DNA of 64,000 nucleotides from Ignavibacteriota bacterium (GTDB lineage Bacteria > Bacteroidota > Ignavibacteria > UBA10030), in NCBI GenBank assembly GCA_963701295.1, contig OY969585.1, positions 3,552,001 to 3,616,000 of the forward strand, given 5' to 3'. The stretch's first letter is position 1. Each line of letters opens with the position of its first letter. The notes under the pieces are model-generated. The model ran no database searches, was not told where the DNA came from, and was given only the letters and a program-made list of their open reading frames with translations. Of this stretch, positions 49,590 to 59,623 are shown piece after piece. Position numbers and translations under genes: made by a program.

Positions 49590-51791
49590 ATGAATGTCAT
49601 GACACCAACTGAAGAAAAGAGATTCCATTTGAAACGTTTCGCAGGCATTATCATTGCCCTGGCAACTGTGCTCCTCGTCGAACTTCTATTTCATACATCC
49701 TTGATTCCCGACACGTTAGGAACGAACATCTTTCAATCTATGGAACGGCGCAGCTTAGATATGTTAATGCGGTTTCGCGGTGAGCGTGCAAATGCCGAGA
49801 ATGTTATGATGATCAAGATCGATGATTACACTGACAAACAGCTCGGTTGGCCGATTCCGCGCGATCAATATGGTGCAGTGATGACGCTCCTGAGCAACTC
49901 CGGCGCGAAAGCTGTTGCGCTTGACGTGTTCCTTACCGCCAAACAGGATATCGACAGTACAGAGAACGCGCTCCTTGTTCAATATTTGTCACAAACACAA
50001 AACACGTATCAGGTCATTGGTCCATTCATCCCCTCAAAGACGGAACGCGAACAAGTCAGCCGCAGAAACGTCGATAGCACTGCACATTTTGTGATTGGGA
50101 AATTTGGAGTCCCTGCGCCGAGTCAGCATCATTTCCCCCGCGCACCATTCATTAGCGATTTTCCATTCCCTGAGTTGGCTAACGTCTCGACGGGAGTGGG
50201 TCACGCACTGCTCATTCCCGATGAATTAGGCGGTGTCATCCGCTCTATGCCGCTATATATAGAGTATGCCGGACGTCTATATCCATCGATCGGTTTTACA
50301 CTCGCACTCAAAGCACTCAACATCGAACCGAAACAGGTACGGTTTGAAGACACAGATGAAGGTACGATCGTCTATGCCGGTTCACTTGTCATCCATACCG
50401 GTCTGTGGGGTGAAGTATTGATAAACTATATCGGCAAAAACGAATTGTTTCCATCGGTTTCCTTTTATGATGTACTTTCAGCCGCTAAACAGCGCGATGA
50501 AAAATTCTTTGAACAATTTAATGGAAAGGTATGCATCATAGGTCCGACAATTCGTTCCATCGGCGATTACTATGCCACTCCATTTGAAGAATCATCGGCT
50601 GGATTTATGACGCACGCAAATGTGTACGATATGGTAGTCACAAACTCATTCATTACTCAGGCACCTGCGTGGATCCAATTCCTCCTTCTTCTGGTTATCA
50701 CACTTGCCGTTGGATTCATGACACACACACGGCATATGAAAATCGGAATTCTTGTCCTTGTCGTGGTGACATTTCTCTTCCTGACTTGCGCTATTGTCGC
50801 TTTCAATTCTGCATATTTCTGGTTAAACTTGGCAGCCCCACTGAGCGCACTTCTCATCTGTTTTGTTACGACCGTTGCTTACAAAGCCGCTACAGAAGGC
50901 CGCCAGCGTAAGTTGATTACGAGCATGTTTGGAACGTATGTCGATAGCAATGTTGTCCGAATTCTTATTAATAATCCAAGTCTCGCAAAATTAGGCGGCG
51001 AAAAACATGAGATCACGATCCTCTTTACCGATATCAAAGGCTTCTCGAGTATTTCGGAAAAAGTGAGCGAGGATGTTCTCGTCAAACTTCTCAATATTTA
51101 CTTCACTGATATGACGAATGTCGTTTTAGCAAACGGCGGTGCAGTGGACAAATTTATCGGCGATTCCATTATGGCATTCTGGGGTGCACCGTTGCCTGAT
51201 TCCGATTCTGCGTACCATGCCTGTGTTACTGCCGTGCACATGCAATCACAATTAGATAAACTTCAAACACGGTTACTAAAAATTGGCGGCATAGGAATCA
51301 AGCAGCGAATCGGTGTGAATACGGGATTGTGTATTGTCGGGAATATGGGATCCGAACAGAAAAAAAACTACACTGTGACAGGAGACCCGGTCAATCTCGC
51401 TTCTCGTCTTGAAGGAGTGAATAAACAATACGGTACCGGTATACTCATCTCAGAGTTTACCCATAAAAAAGCTGGGAAACGCTTGGTCACTCGCATAGTT
51501 GACCGTGTGCAAGTTGTAGGCAAATCCGAACCCGTGCAGATCTACGAACTCATAGACATCGCCAATAAACCATTGGATGATAAAATGAAATACTTTCTCG
51601 ATATCTATGGACAAGGACTCAAAGCATATCAAGAGCGCCGATGGGATGAGGGCATTGCGTTCATGGCACACGCAATGGAGAAAGTGCCAGACGATTCTGT
51701 CTGCCAACTCTACATCGAACGGATGAAGTTATATCAGATCACGCCGCCGTCCGATAACTGGAACGGTGTATTTGTCCTGCAGTCGAAATAA
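49590..51791 (+). CDS. CHASE2-domain adenylate/guanylate cyclase
   Basis: LGWPIPR, VALDVF (CHASE2); 3 TM; LFTDIKGFS, DKFIGD, GDPVNLASRLEG. Confidence 0.93.
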   Translation: MNVMTPTEEKRFHLKRFAGIIIALATVLLVELLFHTSLIPDTLGTNIFQSMERRSLDMLMRFRGERANAENVMMIKIDDYTDKQLGWPIPRDQYGAVMTLLSNSGAKAVALDVFLTAKQDIDSTENALLVQYLSQTQNTYQVIGPFIPSKTEREQVSRRNVDSTAHFVIGKFGVPAPSQHHFPRAPFISDFPFPELANVSTGVGHALLIPDELGGVIRSMPLYIEYAGRLYPSIGFTLALKALNIEPKQVRFEDTDEGTIVYAGSLVIHTGLWGEVLINYIGKNELFPSVSFYDVLSAAKQRDEKFFEQFNGKVCIIGPTIRSIGDYYATPFEESSAGFMTHANVYDMVVTNSFITQAPAWIQFLLLLVITLAVGFMTHTRHMKIGILVLVVVTFLFLTCAIVAFNSAYFWLNLAAPLSALLICFVTTVAYKAATEGRQRKLITSMFGTYVDSNVVRILINNPSLAKLGGEKHEITILFTDIKGFSSISEKVSEDVLVKLLNIYFTDMTNVVLANGGAVDKFIGDSIMAFWGAPLPDSDSAYHACVTAVHMQSQLDKLQTRLLKIGGIGIKQRIGVNTGLCIVGNMGSEQKKNYTVTGDPVNLASRLEGVNKQYGTGILISEFTHKKAGKRLVTRIVDRVQVVGKSEPVQIYELIDIANKPLDDKMKYFLDIYGQGLKAYQERRWDEGIAFMAHAMEKVPDDSVCQLYIERMKLYQITPPSDNWNGVFVLQSK

Positions 51792-51916
51792 CGACAAAGA
51801 GACATCTCTTTGAGAAAAGCTACCCACAAAGGAATGGACAGAACATTGCAACTCTATTAAAGCGCGGAATATTCGGGAAAACTAAGCTGATGTAACATGA
51901 AGAACTAAGAGGTTTG

Positions 51917-51990
51917 TGGGCCCTGCTGGACTCGAACCAGCGACCCGCAGATTATGAGTCTGCTGCTCTAACCAACTGAGCTAAGGGCCC
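51917..51990 (-). tRNA. tRNA with CAT anticodon (likely tRNA-Ile2), no encoded CCA
   Basis: Minus strand GGGCCCTTAGCTCAGTTGGTTAGAGCA GCAGA-CTCATAA-TCTGC GGGTC GCTGG-TTCGAGT-CCAGC AGGGCCCA. Confidence 0.93.
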
Positions 51991-52349
51991 GTGTTTTTAA
52001 ATTAAAAACCGCATTTACCTGTTACTTTTTTTCTCAAAATCTCCCAAGTAAACCTTAAACCTCGATCGACAGGTTACAAATTGGTAACACTTAGTATCAA
52101 GTGTCATCCAATAGTAACGGCTTCAGTAACATAAAAGTAGCACAAAATTCAAAGATAATCAAGACGGATATTTTTGATCCTTTTTTCAAAATGTTCCTTG
52201 CTGGATGAAACGATAATAATCTATGCTCATAAATATAATATTAATTAGGAAATAATTGTGAAGCACGTGCAGCAGATCAAATTCTGCTGCACAGTTGTAA
52301 GTTTATATAAATTAAATAATTAGAAACAATTTGTGTATGTGAGGAACAA

Positions 52350-53558
52350 ATGGAACAACAATGCAATGCTATAGGAAACACGGACTACAAAAAATATATT
52401 TTCCCTATATGTCCAGTTAATGGAAATAGTATATGCAAGTTTATCAGTCACGGAGTGGCTCGTGGAGAGAAACTATCTCCTGAAAAAGTCAAAGAATTGG
52501 TAAAAAACCTTTTAATTCTCTTCCAGGAGGGTTTCGGTCCAGAGCATAATTTATGGAGCCTTCTTTTGACAGTAATTGTCATTAGCACATATTGCGCAGT
52601 GGAATTTATTAGCATACCACTTATATGGCTTCATTTACCAAAAGAGTTCAAAAGAGAATGGTTACTTCATCTCTTAGCGGCAGTCAGCAGTGAACCATTT
52701 TTGGCAAGGAATTATTTTAGCTTTGATGAACTTAAAAAGATGATAAAAGGATCTTGGTATACTCCCGTGATATTCTTCGTTGATCCGAAGTCATATGATA
52801 AAAGCGTCCAAAAATGCTATCTCGAAAATCCATCGGAAAGAACACAGTTTCTTTATGATAAATTCAATGATAAGGCAAGTTTATATTCATATCGTATCGT
52901 ATTAGCAGATTATCCTCCGAATTCTAATTGTAGTCGACATACGCTTTGTTGTGATCTTCCTAGGATTCATAACTACCCCAATTGTGATAGCGATCGTATT
53001 GAGGCGATTCGAACCGATTGCGATAAATTATATTCGACTCTGCAACAGCCATTGTGTTCGGCGATTGCTGAATTAGGAAAGAAAGCACCAGTATACAGTC
53101 CATCTTTCAGCTTATATGCATTGTCTATAGTATTAAAGGAATTTGATGCGTTAGAAGAGTCTGAATTAAAGTCTGTTTGTGAATTACTCGAAAAACTCGA
53201 AATACGTTCAAAGAAAAACTATGGGTATGACGAAGACAAGGATGTCTTATGGTTGGTATGGGATTATTTAGCGGAACATTCAGCGGAAGAAACCACTCCT
53301 GGAGATATTGTCGATGGATATATTATTCTCGAAAGGTTAACAAGTTTTATGGCATTCACGACACACGGACAGGTTCTGGTTGCCCCCCAGAGGATCAGTG
53401 AAATTCTAAACCAATATAATTTAATACTGGATCGGAAACGACTTGATCTTGAGACACCTCCTGAGATAGAAAAACACGGCCATTCAATGCGGCGCATTCA
53501 ACGAACTGGTGTTATTATCGATAAAGAAGCGTTGAGTGTGGCTATTTCTGGATACTAA
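52350..53558 (+). CDS. Hypothetical protein (island)
   Basis: 402-aa ORF with RBS GAGG. Confidence 0.6.
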   Translation: MEQQCNAIGNTDYKKYIFPICPVNGNSICKFISHGVARGEKLSPEKVKELVKNLLILFQEGFGPEHNLWSLLLTVIVISTYCAVEFISIPLIWLHLPKEFKREWLLHLLAAVSSEPFLARNYFSFDELKKMIKGSWYTPVIFFVDPKSYDKSVQKCYLENPSERTQFLYDKFNDKASLYSYRIVLADYPPNSNCSRHTLCCDLPRIHNYPNCDSDRIEAIRTDCDKLYSTLQQPLCSAIAELGKKAPVYSPSFSLYALSIVLKEFDALEESELKSVCELLEKLEIRSKKNYGYDEDKDVLWLVWDYLAEHSAEETTPGDIVDGYIILERLTSFMAFTTHGQVLVAPQRISEILNQYNLILDRKRLDLETPPEIEKHGHSMRRIQRTGVIIDKEALSVAISGY

Positions 53559-53632
53559 ATCGTTATAGTCAAACCAAGACACGCTATTATCCTTCTCGTT
53601 AAAAGAAATTTATTAAATAAATTTGCCTAACT

Positions 53633-54286
53633 ATGACTTCATTCAATAAAGATCTTGCAGCATTAGGGCTGTCACCATTTCATCTCCAATGGCTTATATC
53701 TGAGTTCGCCAGATCAAATTCTGAATATTACGTAAGATATGGCGACAATCATCAATTTATCCACGCTATGGATATTAATACAGGTTCGTATCTCAAACTA
53801 AGTCAGGATAATTTATTAGATCATTTAATTGGGCGTAATCGGATTGCCGTTCCTCCAGGATTAATGATGAAATTTTTCTCTATCAATTTGTTATGTCCAA
53901 AAGAGCAGGTGTCGGCATATCTCAAGATCATCATAGAGGGTTTTGGCATACCATTGATCGTAGTTACCAAGAATAGCAGAATTTATTCCTGCTGTTATTT
54001 CCTTCGAACACTTGAAGAGAAGGCAAATATCGTTAAAGCAATTGATTATAGCCTTGAGAAGATATTGAATCCTGAGGCTCTCCAATTCTTTAAGACATTC
54101 CCAGGATCAGCTAAATGGTTTGAATTACCCTTTGGAAGGGGAAGTTCTTTGATTAATCCGATCACATTGCAGCCGATGAAAATGAATAAACGAACAATGA
54201 TAGAATATTGTATTCGATATCAACAAAATACAAATCTAACCCTTGATAAATTATTGCATAACGTTGAAGGATTATCCTATGAGTAA
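53633..54286 (+). CDS. Hypothetical, weak resemblance to degenerate primase-polymerase domains
   Basis: LLDHLIG...FELPFG motifs; catalytic DxD not evident. Confidence 0.4.
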   Translation: MTSFNKDLAALGLSPFHLQWLISEFARSNSEYYVRYGDNHQFIHAMDINTGSYLKLSQDNLLDHLIGRNRIAVPPGLMMKFFSINLLCPKEQVSAYLKIIIEGFGIPLIVVTKNSRIYSCCYFLRTLEEKANIVKAIDYSLEKILNPEALQFFKTFPGSAKWFELPFGRGSSLINPITLQPMKMNKRTMIEYCIRYQQNTNLTLDKLLHNVEGLSYE

Positions 54287-54722
54287 GTTAATTCTACCAT
54301 CACAGCTTACCGTTGAAGATGTGCGCTCTATTCTTGAAATTACAGAAAGATTGAAAGTTGATGGACAATTCGGTCGGGAAGGATTTCAATCTCAACAGTT
54401 TATTTTTACGTTACTAAACTTCTTTAAGAACAAAAAAACGGACGTATTGGTCATTCCAACTACTACGCTTACAAGATTTCCAGGTGCTTCTAAGAAAACG
54501 TCAAGGTTGAGGCGCACATTTTGTTTGGGTAGTGGAATAATGGTGATTGCCCGATCAGCAAGCATAGAAGAACAGCGAGCTACTACTTACAGATTGAATT
54601 ACCAATTCAAACAAGGCCAACTGGTAAAATACTTCATTGAAGGGTTATCTATACTCTATACAGGAAAGCAGTTACAAGAATTATACACAGAATGGATATA
54701 TAAAAAACACATTGCCAATTAA
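54279..54722 (+). CDS. Hypothetical protein
   Basis: ORF overlapping the upstream stop. Confidence 0.5.
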   Translation: MSKLILPSQLTVEDVRSILEITERLKVDGQFGREGFQSQQFIFTLLNFFKNKKTDVLVIPTTTLTRFPGASKKTSRLRRTFCLGSGIMVIARSASIEEQRATTYRLNYQFKQGQLVKYFIEGLSILYTGKQLQELYTEWIYKKHIAN

Positions 54723-55164
54723 TCACATACAATCAGCGCGAACACATAATGACCACCACAATGTCTAAGGGGTGCGTCTATCCGGTAGGTTATAAAAAAA
54801 AGGTAGAGTATTATATTAAGGAGAGAGCTTCAGATTAAGCTAATCAAGTGTAAGTCTCAAAGATCTAAAGAGTTTGACAGAGTTTCTGCATCAAGTCTGT
54901 GCATTCCTCAAACACTTCGGTAACATCTACGTTCTGTTTTTCCGTCAACCAATGAGATATTACGACCTGAAGTTCCTTGTAAATAAATTCAATGCCTCTT
55001 GTTTTGTCCTACGAATCGAAGCAAGCAAGAGTTGATCGTCAAACATAGATTCGCTCAGAGCAGATTCTACCGTCGTCTGAAGCAAATATCCTTTGTATTC
55101 CCTTATGACCATATCTTCGATATCATTATCTAAGCTATGCCGTTCCTTATTGATTTCGAACATT

Positions 55165-55758
55165 TTAATTCCAAGGTTTTCGTCTGATCTCCAACCATTC
55201 GTTTTTTATGGATCTGTCGTTTTCAAGTTTAAGGATTATATTATCATAGACGTCTTTCATTTCTTTTCGCAAGAGGATAACACATACAGGGAAATTATAT
55301 GCCCCAGGTTGACCTCCTAAATATATCATCACACTTGCATCTGTTCTCCATCCCTGTGCATCCACAGGATAAATATAAGATTCGTCTGAAAAGAGACCAC
55401 GACGTTTCTCAGTTAAATAATCTAATGGTTTTTGTTCCCGGTTCCCGAGGTCATATACAGCAATAAGACAAAGTGAGTTATCGATGATAATACAAGAGTA
55501 TGTAAGTTCATAATCACTTCTACTCACTACTGCATTAATGCGTTGAAATGTATGTTCAGCAAGTTTCCCGTTTTCCTTCGTTATTATACCATCGCGATAT
55601 AGAACCTTCATACTTGAAATTGTATCAGTTGCGAGGACGATTTTTACCTAATTACTAGTCATATTCCATTTTAGATTATCATAACCCAATTCATATTTCC
55701 CTTGTGAATACAAAATAGATGTAGATACCAAAATTAAAGTGATAAATAATTGTTTCAT
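55165..55758 (-). pseudogene. Secreted protein with in-frame TAG at 55648-55650
   Basis: RBS AAGGAGG, ATG 55758, signal peptide MKQLFITLILVSTSILYSQ in frame with ORF 55165-55611. Confidence 0.6.
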
Positions 55759-55824
55759 AAAACCTCCTTTGATATTATTAATTATGCCGCTTATTAATTA
55801 GACTAAGCAGTTGTTGTAAATTCG

Positions 55825-56634
55825 TCAATGTATTTTCAGTTGATTTAAGCGATTCTTGAGACAACAATGAACCCACGCTTTGTGTATGCTACCCCAACTC
55901 TTTGATGCTGTTCCTAATTGCCCCGCTTGACGTGGATGAACCAATGGTAATACTTCGACTGAATATCCATCAATATTCATTGGTATTGTTTTTCCATAAA
56001 GCTTTCCGTTTTCTGTTATCTGTGATAGGCTTTTAATTCGATGATAATATTTAAGAAAATCTTCTATCGGCTTGTCGCCAAGTAGAATTAGTAATTTAGC
56101 TTTCGATTCTTTTAACTCTTTTACAATTTCGTTTCTTCGCTGTTCATCAGCGAACACTTTAGGGACAGGAGGAAAATATATTGGAGGAAGTATTCCCTTT
56201 TTAACGAATGGATTGTATGTTCGTTCAATTGCAGCAGCTTGGCTGGGATTCATTCGGCTTTTTGGTAAAAGATCGCAGAGCCAAACATCATCCCTAGTAT
56301 ATCCAAGAGGAAATAAATATAGATCGTCAAGAGTTCTTCCAGACGGTCCGTTGAAACTTATTCCTGCCGATATTAAGTGACCACAAGAAGGAGGAATGTT
56401 TATCTTTCCAATAATTTCCGAGGCATTTTCTCCACGCCAGAATATTTCAGGTTCACTCTCCACTGCCAACGCTTTAATCTGTCCTTTCGGCGAATGCCAA
56501 AATGCGTGAACAGCGCTTGCATAAACTCCAAGCACAAAAGCCTTCTTTACTTTTCTATCACGTTGTTGTAAAGTTTGAATCGGCTTGCCGAATGGAAACG
56601 TTTCTGACAGTGTTGAGGTAGATGTGTTTGACAT
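55825..56634 (-). CDS. Uracil-DNA glycosylase-like superfamily protein
   Basis: FVLGVY; GPSGRTL; VWLCDL; LILLGD; LPLVHPRQ. Confidence 0.65.
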   Translation of the reverse strand: MSNTSTSTLSETFPFGKPIQTLQQRDRKVKKAFVLGVYASAVHAFWHSPKGQIKALAVESEPEIFWRGENASEIIGKINIPPSCGHLISAGISFNGPSGRTLDDLYLFPLGYTRDDVWLCDLLPKSRMNPSQAAAIERTYNPFVKKGILPPIYFPPVPKVFADEQRRNEIVKELKESKAKLLILLGDKPIEDFLKYYHRIKSLSQITENGKLYGKTIPMNIDGYSVEVLPLVHPRQAGQLGTASKSWGSIHKAWVHCCLKNRLNQLKIH

Positions 56635-56670
56635 CAAGTGGTTCCTCCTTTATAATTTGTTTGAGAGCAT

Positions 56671-56818
56671 AAAAAAAAGGGCGCAATCCAAATACGTCCC
56701 CTTCTGAGGCACCGCTAAGCGCCCACCAGGAAAACGTAAAGGATGCGCCCTTTTAATTGGGCGCAGTCCTCGAATACGGTTCCTGGTTTAGAAAATTAGC
56801 GGTTTTCAGAAGGAACGC
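56671..56818 (-). ncRNA. Structured leader RNA (c4-antisense-like) with terminator
   Basis: Nested pairs CCTTCTGA/TCAGAAGG, CCGCTAA/TTAGCGG, CCAGGAA/TTCCTGG; GGGCGC hairpin + T8. Confidence 0.55.
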
Positions 56819-57131
56819 AGTCGTAACTACGCGATATTTATTATTGCTATATTTTTATGTTTTAGTCGATGTTCTCCAAAATGATAATTTCTCTATACAA
56901 TATAACACCAGACCCTACCGATCTCCAAATGGTGTCAGTAACGTATTGATTTATAATGACTTGTTCAAGCAGGTTTGGCTTTTTGTTGTTTGAAACTTAT
57001 CTGCATACAAACGAAATCACAATATCTATTTCACCAGTATTTTTCTTACCACCCTGCACACATTCACATCAATCTTCTTTGAATCCAGATAGACAAAGAC
57101 TCCCATTTGGTTCAGTTTTCGTGACGTTTCC

Positions 57132-58007
57132 TTAGATCATATACCTCTCAGTAAGCCACATAGCATAAGACTTATTGAATTTTCCGAAGACTTCAATAAC
57201 ATCTTCTAAGTAGATCTGAGTGAGATAGGTTGGATCTTTCAGAAAGCTCTTCGTTAGATTGATTTGTTCATCCATAAATTTATTAGCCCGTGGGAAGATA
57301 ATCATCGGCTTCCACATTTCGGTATCTATAGTCTTTAGATGGCACAAAAGTATATAGCGCATTATCTGATACTGCTCTCCATACAGAAAGGGACAATCTT
57401 CATAATGACGCTCGAACTTCTCAAGGTTATAAGGGCTATTACTGCTTCGCAGTATTGGATAATAAAGTGTGCCATAAGCTTTTTCAAGTGGACATCTTAA
57501 CGTGGCCATCGGTTTATTACATTCACTATCACGTTTGGTTGATCCACAAGGAGCATCAGTATGTTCTGTAAATTTCATCTCAACTAAGTATTTGTATTTG
57601 CCACAGTCTATCAATAAATCGTGGTTGGATCGCTTTCCTCTTTGTTGAAGAGAATTCAATTTATCAATCCACTCGAATTGAAATTCTTCTTGATGGATAT
57701 CTGGATTGCCCAGTAACACTTGAACCAAACCTACTTCACATCGCTTGGCAAGAGAAAAGAGGTTCAGAGCCAGTAACTGAGAACTTTTAGGGTTGTTACG
57801 AGAGTGGAATTGGATATTGAGAGACTCGACTTCAGACTGAATATCTGGATGAATTATTTCTTGCTGCCGATCTTTTGCTACTATATATGAATGACTTTCG
57901 TCAGTAGGGATTTGTAGGTATTTCCAAAGAGAAGAATAATGGTTTTCAAGATTTTCTATCCAAGTCAGTGTATCCAACTCAAAGAATCCTTTCACGCAAC
58001 CATACAA
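57132..58007 (-). CDS. PD-(D/E)xK nuclease, PGN_0703-like putative restriction endonuclease
   Basis: SSQLLALNLF; FEW; DLLI; VEMKFTE; CPF..YQIMR. Confidence 0.65.
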   Translation of the reverse strand: MYGCVKGFFELDTLTWIENLENHYSSLWKYLQIPTDESHSYIVAKDRQQEIIHPDIQSEVESLNIQFHSRNNPKSSQLLALNLFSLAKRCEVGLVQVLLGNPDIHQEEFQFEWIDKLNSLQQRGKRSNHDLLIDCGKYKYLVEMKFTEHTDAPCGSTKRDSECNKPMATLRCPLEKAYGTLYYPILRSSNSPYNLEKFERHYEDCPFLYGEQYQIMRYILLCHLKTIDTEMWKPMIIFPRANKFMDEQINLTKSFLKDPTYLTQIYLEDVIEVFGKFNKSYAMWLTERYMI

Positions 58008-58069
58008 ACATCGACTGAATACGATTCCTCTGAAGTGACTAACATCCGTAATCTTTAGCTCTTATTCCA

Positions 58070-58738
58070 TTATCCGCAGGAATTTCTTCCTTTTGTGTTT
58101 AAATGGATTTCACAAGAATTTGGTTTAATTATTTTGCATTGAGATGGTGAAACACCCCCGAGGCACTTCAAAAAGCTTTTATATGTTTTTCTTCTGTTTT
58201 TATCAATGACTGGTGGAGGGTAAGGAAGTGCATCTATATAAGTGTTAGCAAGACCTAATCGTTTGCATTTGCGAATGCCACCATAGATACGAGTAAGTGC
58301 ATCAGATTCTTCTGGTGAAAGTGGAGTCGCTCTGGACCGAAACTTTGACGCAAATTTTCCCATCGAAGTTTTACGTTCAACATTCGAAATTATATTCTTA
58401 ATAAAAGGAAAATCTGTGTTGCCCTTGTTATCTATCAATAAAGGCGCTGTTAAGTATCTAAAGGGCATCGATATCGGTTTCCATTTAACTTCAACTATTC
58501 GATTATGAAGGATTGGATTTAATCGTGGAGTAAGATATACAAGCTTAAACCCATTTTGACCTCCTTGAGCAAACGCAAACCTGGCCCCATAAAGTTTCTC
58601 ATATGAATTTGAACTCATAAGGTTACGTTCGTGACATCTCGTAAGGCCAAAACTTCCATATTCCCAAAAGGGATCTGTTCTCATTTCATCTGATTCAGAT
58701 TTAGGACGACGTAAAAGGACAACAAACACACGTTCCAT
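58070..58738 (-). CDS. Nmad-associated hypothetical protein (Nmad2-like)
   Basis: RTDPFWEYGSFGLTRCH motif; adjacent to Nmad3. Confidence 0.5.
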   Translation of the reverse strand: MERVFVVLLRRPKSESDEMRTDPFWEYGSFGLTRCHERNLMSSNSYEKLYGARFAFAQGGQNGFKLVYLTPRLNPILHNRIVEVKWKPISMPFRYLTAPLLIDNKGNTDFPFIKNIISNVERKTSMGKFASKFRSRATPLSPEESDALTRIYGGIRKCKRLGLANTYIDALPYPPPVIDKNRRKTYKSFLKCLGGVSPSQCKIIKPNSCEIHLNTKGRNSCG

Positions 58739-58744
58739 CTTTAA

Positions 58745-59485
58745 TCAATTATTCCTTTCAATCACTTCATAGTTTTGTTTCTCCAGCCAACTCAAAAATT
58801 GTTTTGGGTTTGAAAAATGTGGGGGTATAGCACTTCTTTGAATATATCCATCTTTAACTGAAAGCCCACCCCATTTCTTAAGCAAATCCTTTGTTACGCG
58901 ATATGCTCGATTTCGATATTCTCCCACTAAAATGCTAGATTTTAATCTTCCCGATATCCCTCTTTGAGCACGAACTACGATATCCTGCATCCCTATTTCA
59001 ATTTTCCTCGTATGAGCATTCTCAATATACAAATTTCGATGAATGTTTTTTACACTCACCACTTGCTCGACAAAATAAATTCCAACAAGTCCATACCATA
59101 ATGGATATTTAAATTCCTCAACAGGCCTAAGACCTGCGTAGAAAACTATAAAATCATCTTTCTGCAGCTTTGCAATACCCGATCCTCTGCGATTTCCATT
59201 GTCACCATATGTGAGAAAAGAAAAATCTGGATCGAGATGAATAGCTTGACCATTTAATCTTTTCTCAGGACAATGTATGTCATCAAATGATATTAAATGA
59301 CTTTTGCAAAATACTTTTAATGGTTCTTTGAATTCTGTATAAGTTTTTCTCATACCTTTTCGAAAAGCGAACCGTGGATTTTCCGGAATTGGGAAATACA
59401 CAAACTCTCCTGATTGTTTAGATACTGGAGCATTCCAGCCACCAAATGACCGATCGATTCCAATTCTGACCAAGATTGCATTCAT
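58745..59485 (-). CDS. Nucleotide-modification-associated domain 3 (Nmad3) protein
   Basis: RIGID..GGWNAP; FVYFPIPE; HLDPDF..TYGD; DFIVFYAGL. Confidence 0.72.
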   Translation of the reverse strand: MNAILVRIGIDRSFGGWNAPVSKQSGEFVYFPIPENPRFAFRKGMRKTYTEFKEPLKVFCKSHLISFDDIHCPEKRLNGQAIHLDPDFSFLTYGDNGNRRGSGIAKLQKDDFIVFYAGLRPVEEFKYPLWYGLVGIYFVEQVVSVKNIHRNLYIENAHTRKIEIGMQDIVVRAQRGISGRLKSSILVGEYRNRAYRVTKDLLKKWGGLSVKDGYIQRSAIPPHFSNPKQFLSWLEKQNYEVIERNN

Positions 59486-59623
59486 TTTTCCCTCGTGCAA
59501 TCTTTTATTAGTAGATACGATCCGAATACCACTATATCTATTTTGCAATTGAAACTTCCATTGCATATTTCCGACATATTCACTTTTTGCTTCGATTATG
59601 GCTTTACACAACTTATAAATGGC

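Noticed and set aside
55648-58064. Stop-codon reassignment in the island
   Set aside because: The two in-frame stops differ (TAG, TAA) and neighbouring genes are intact under the standard code
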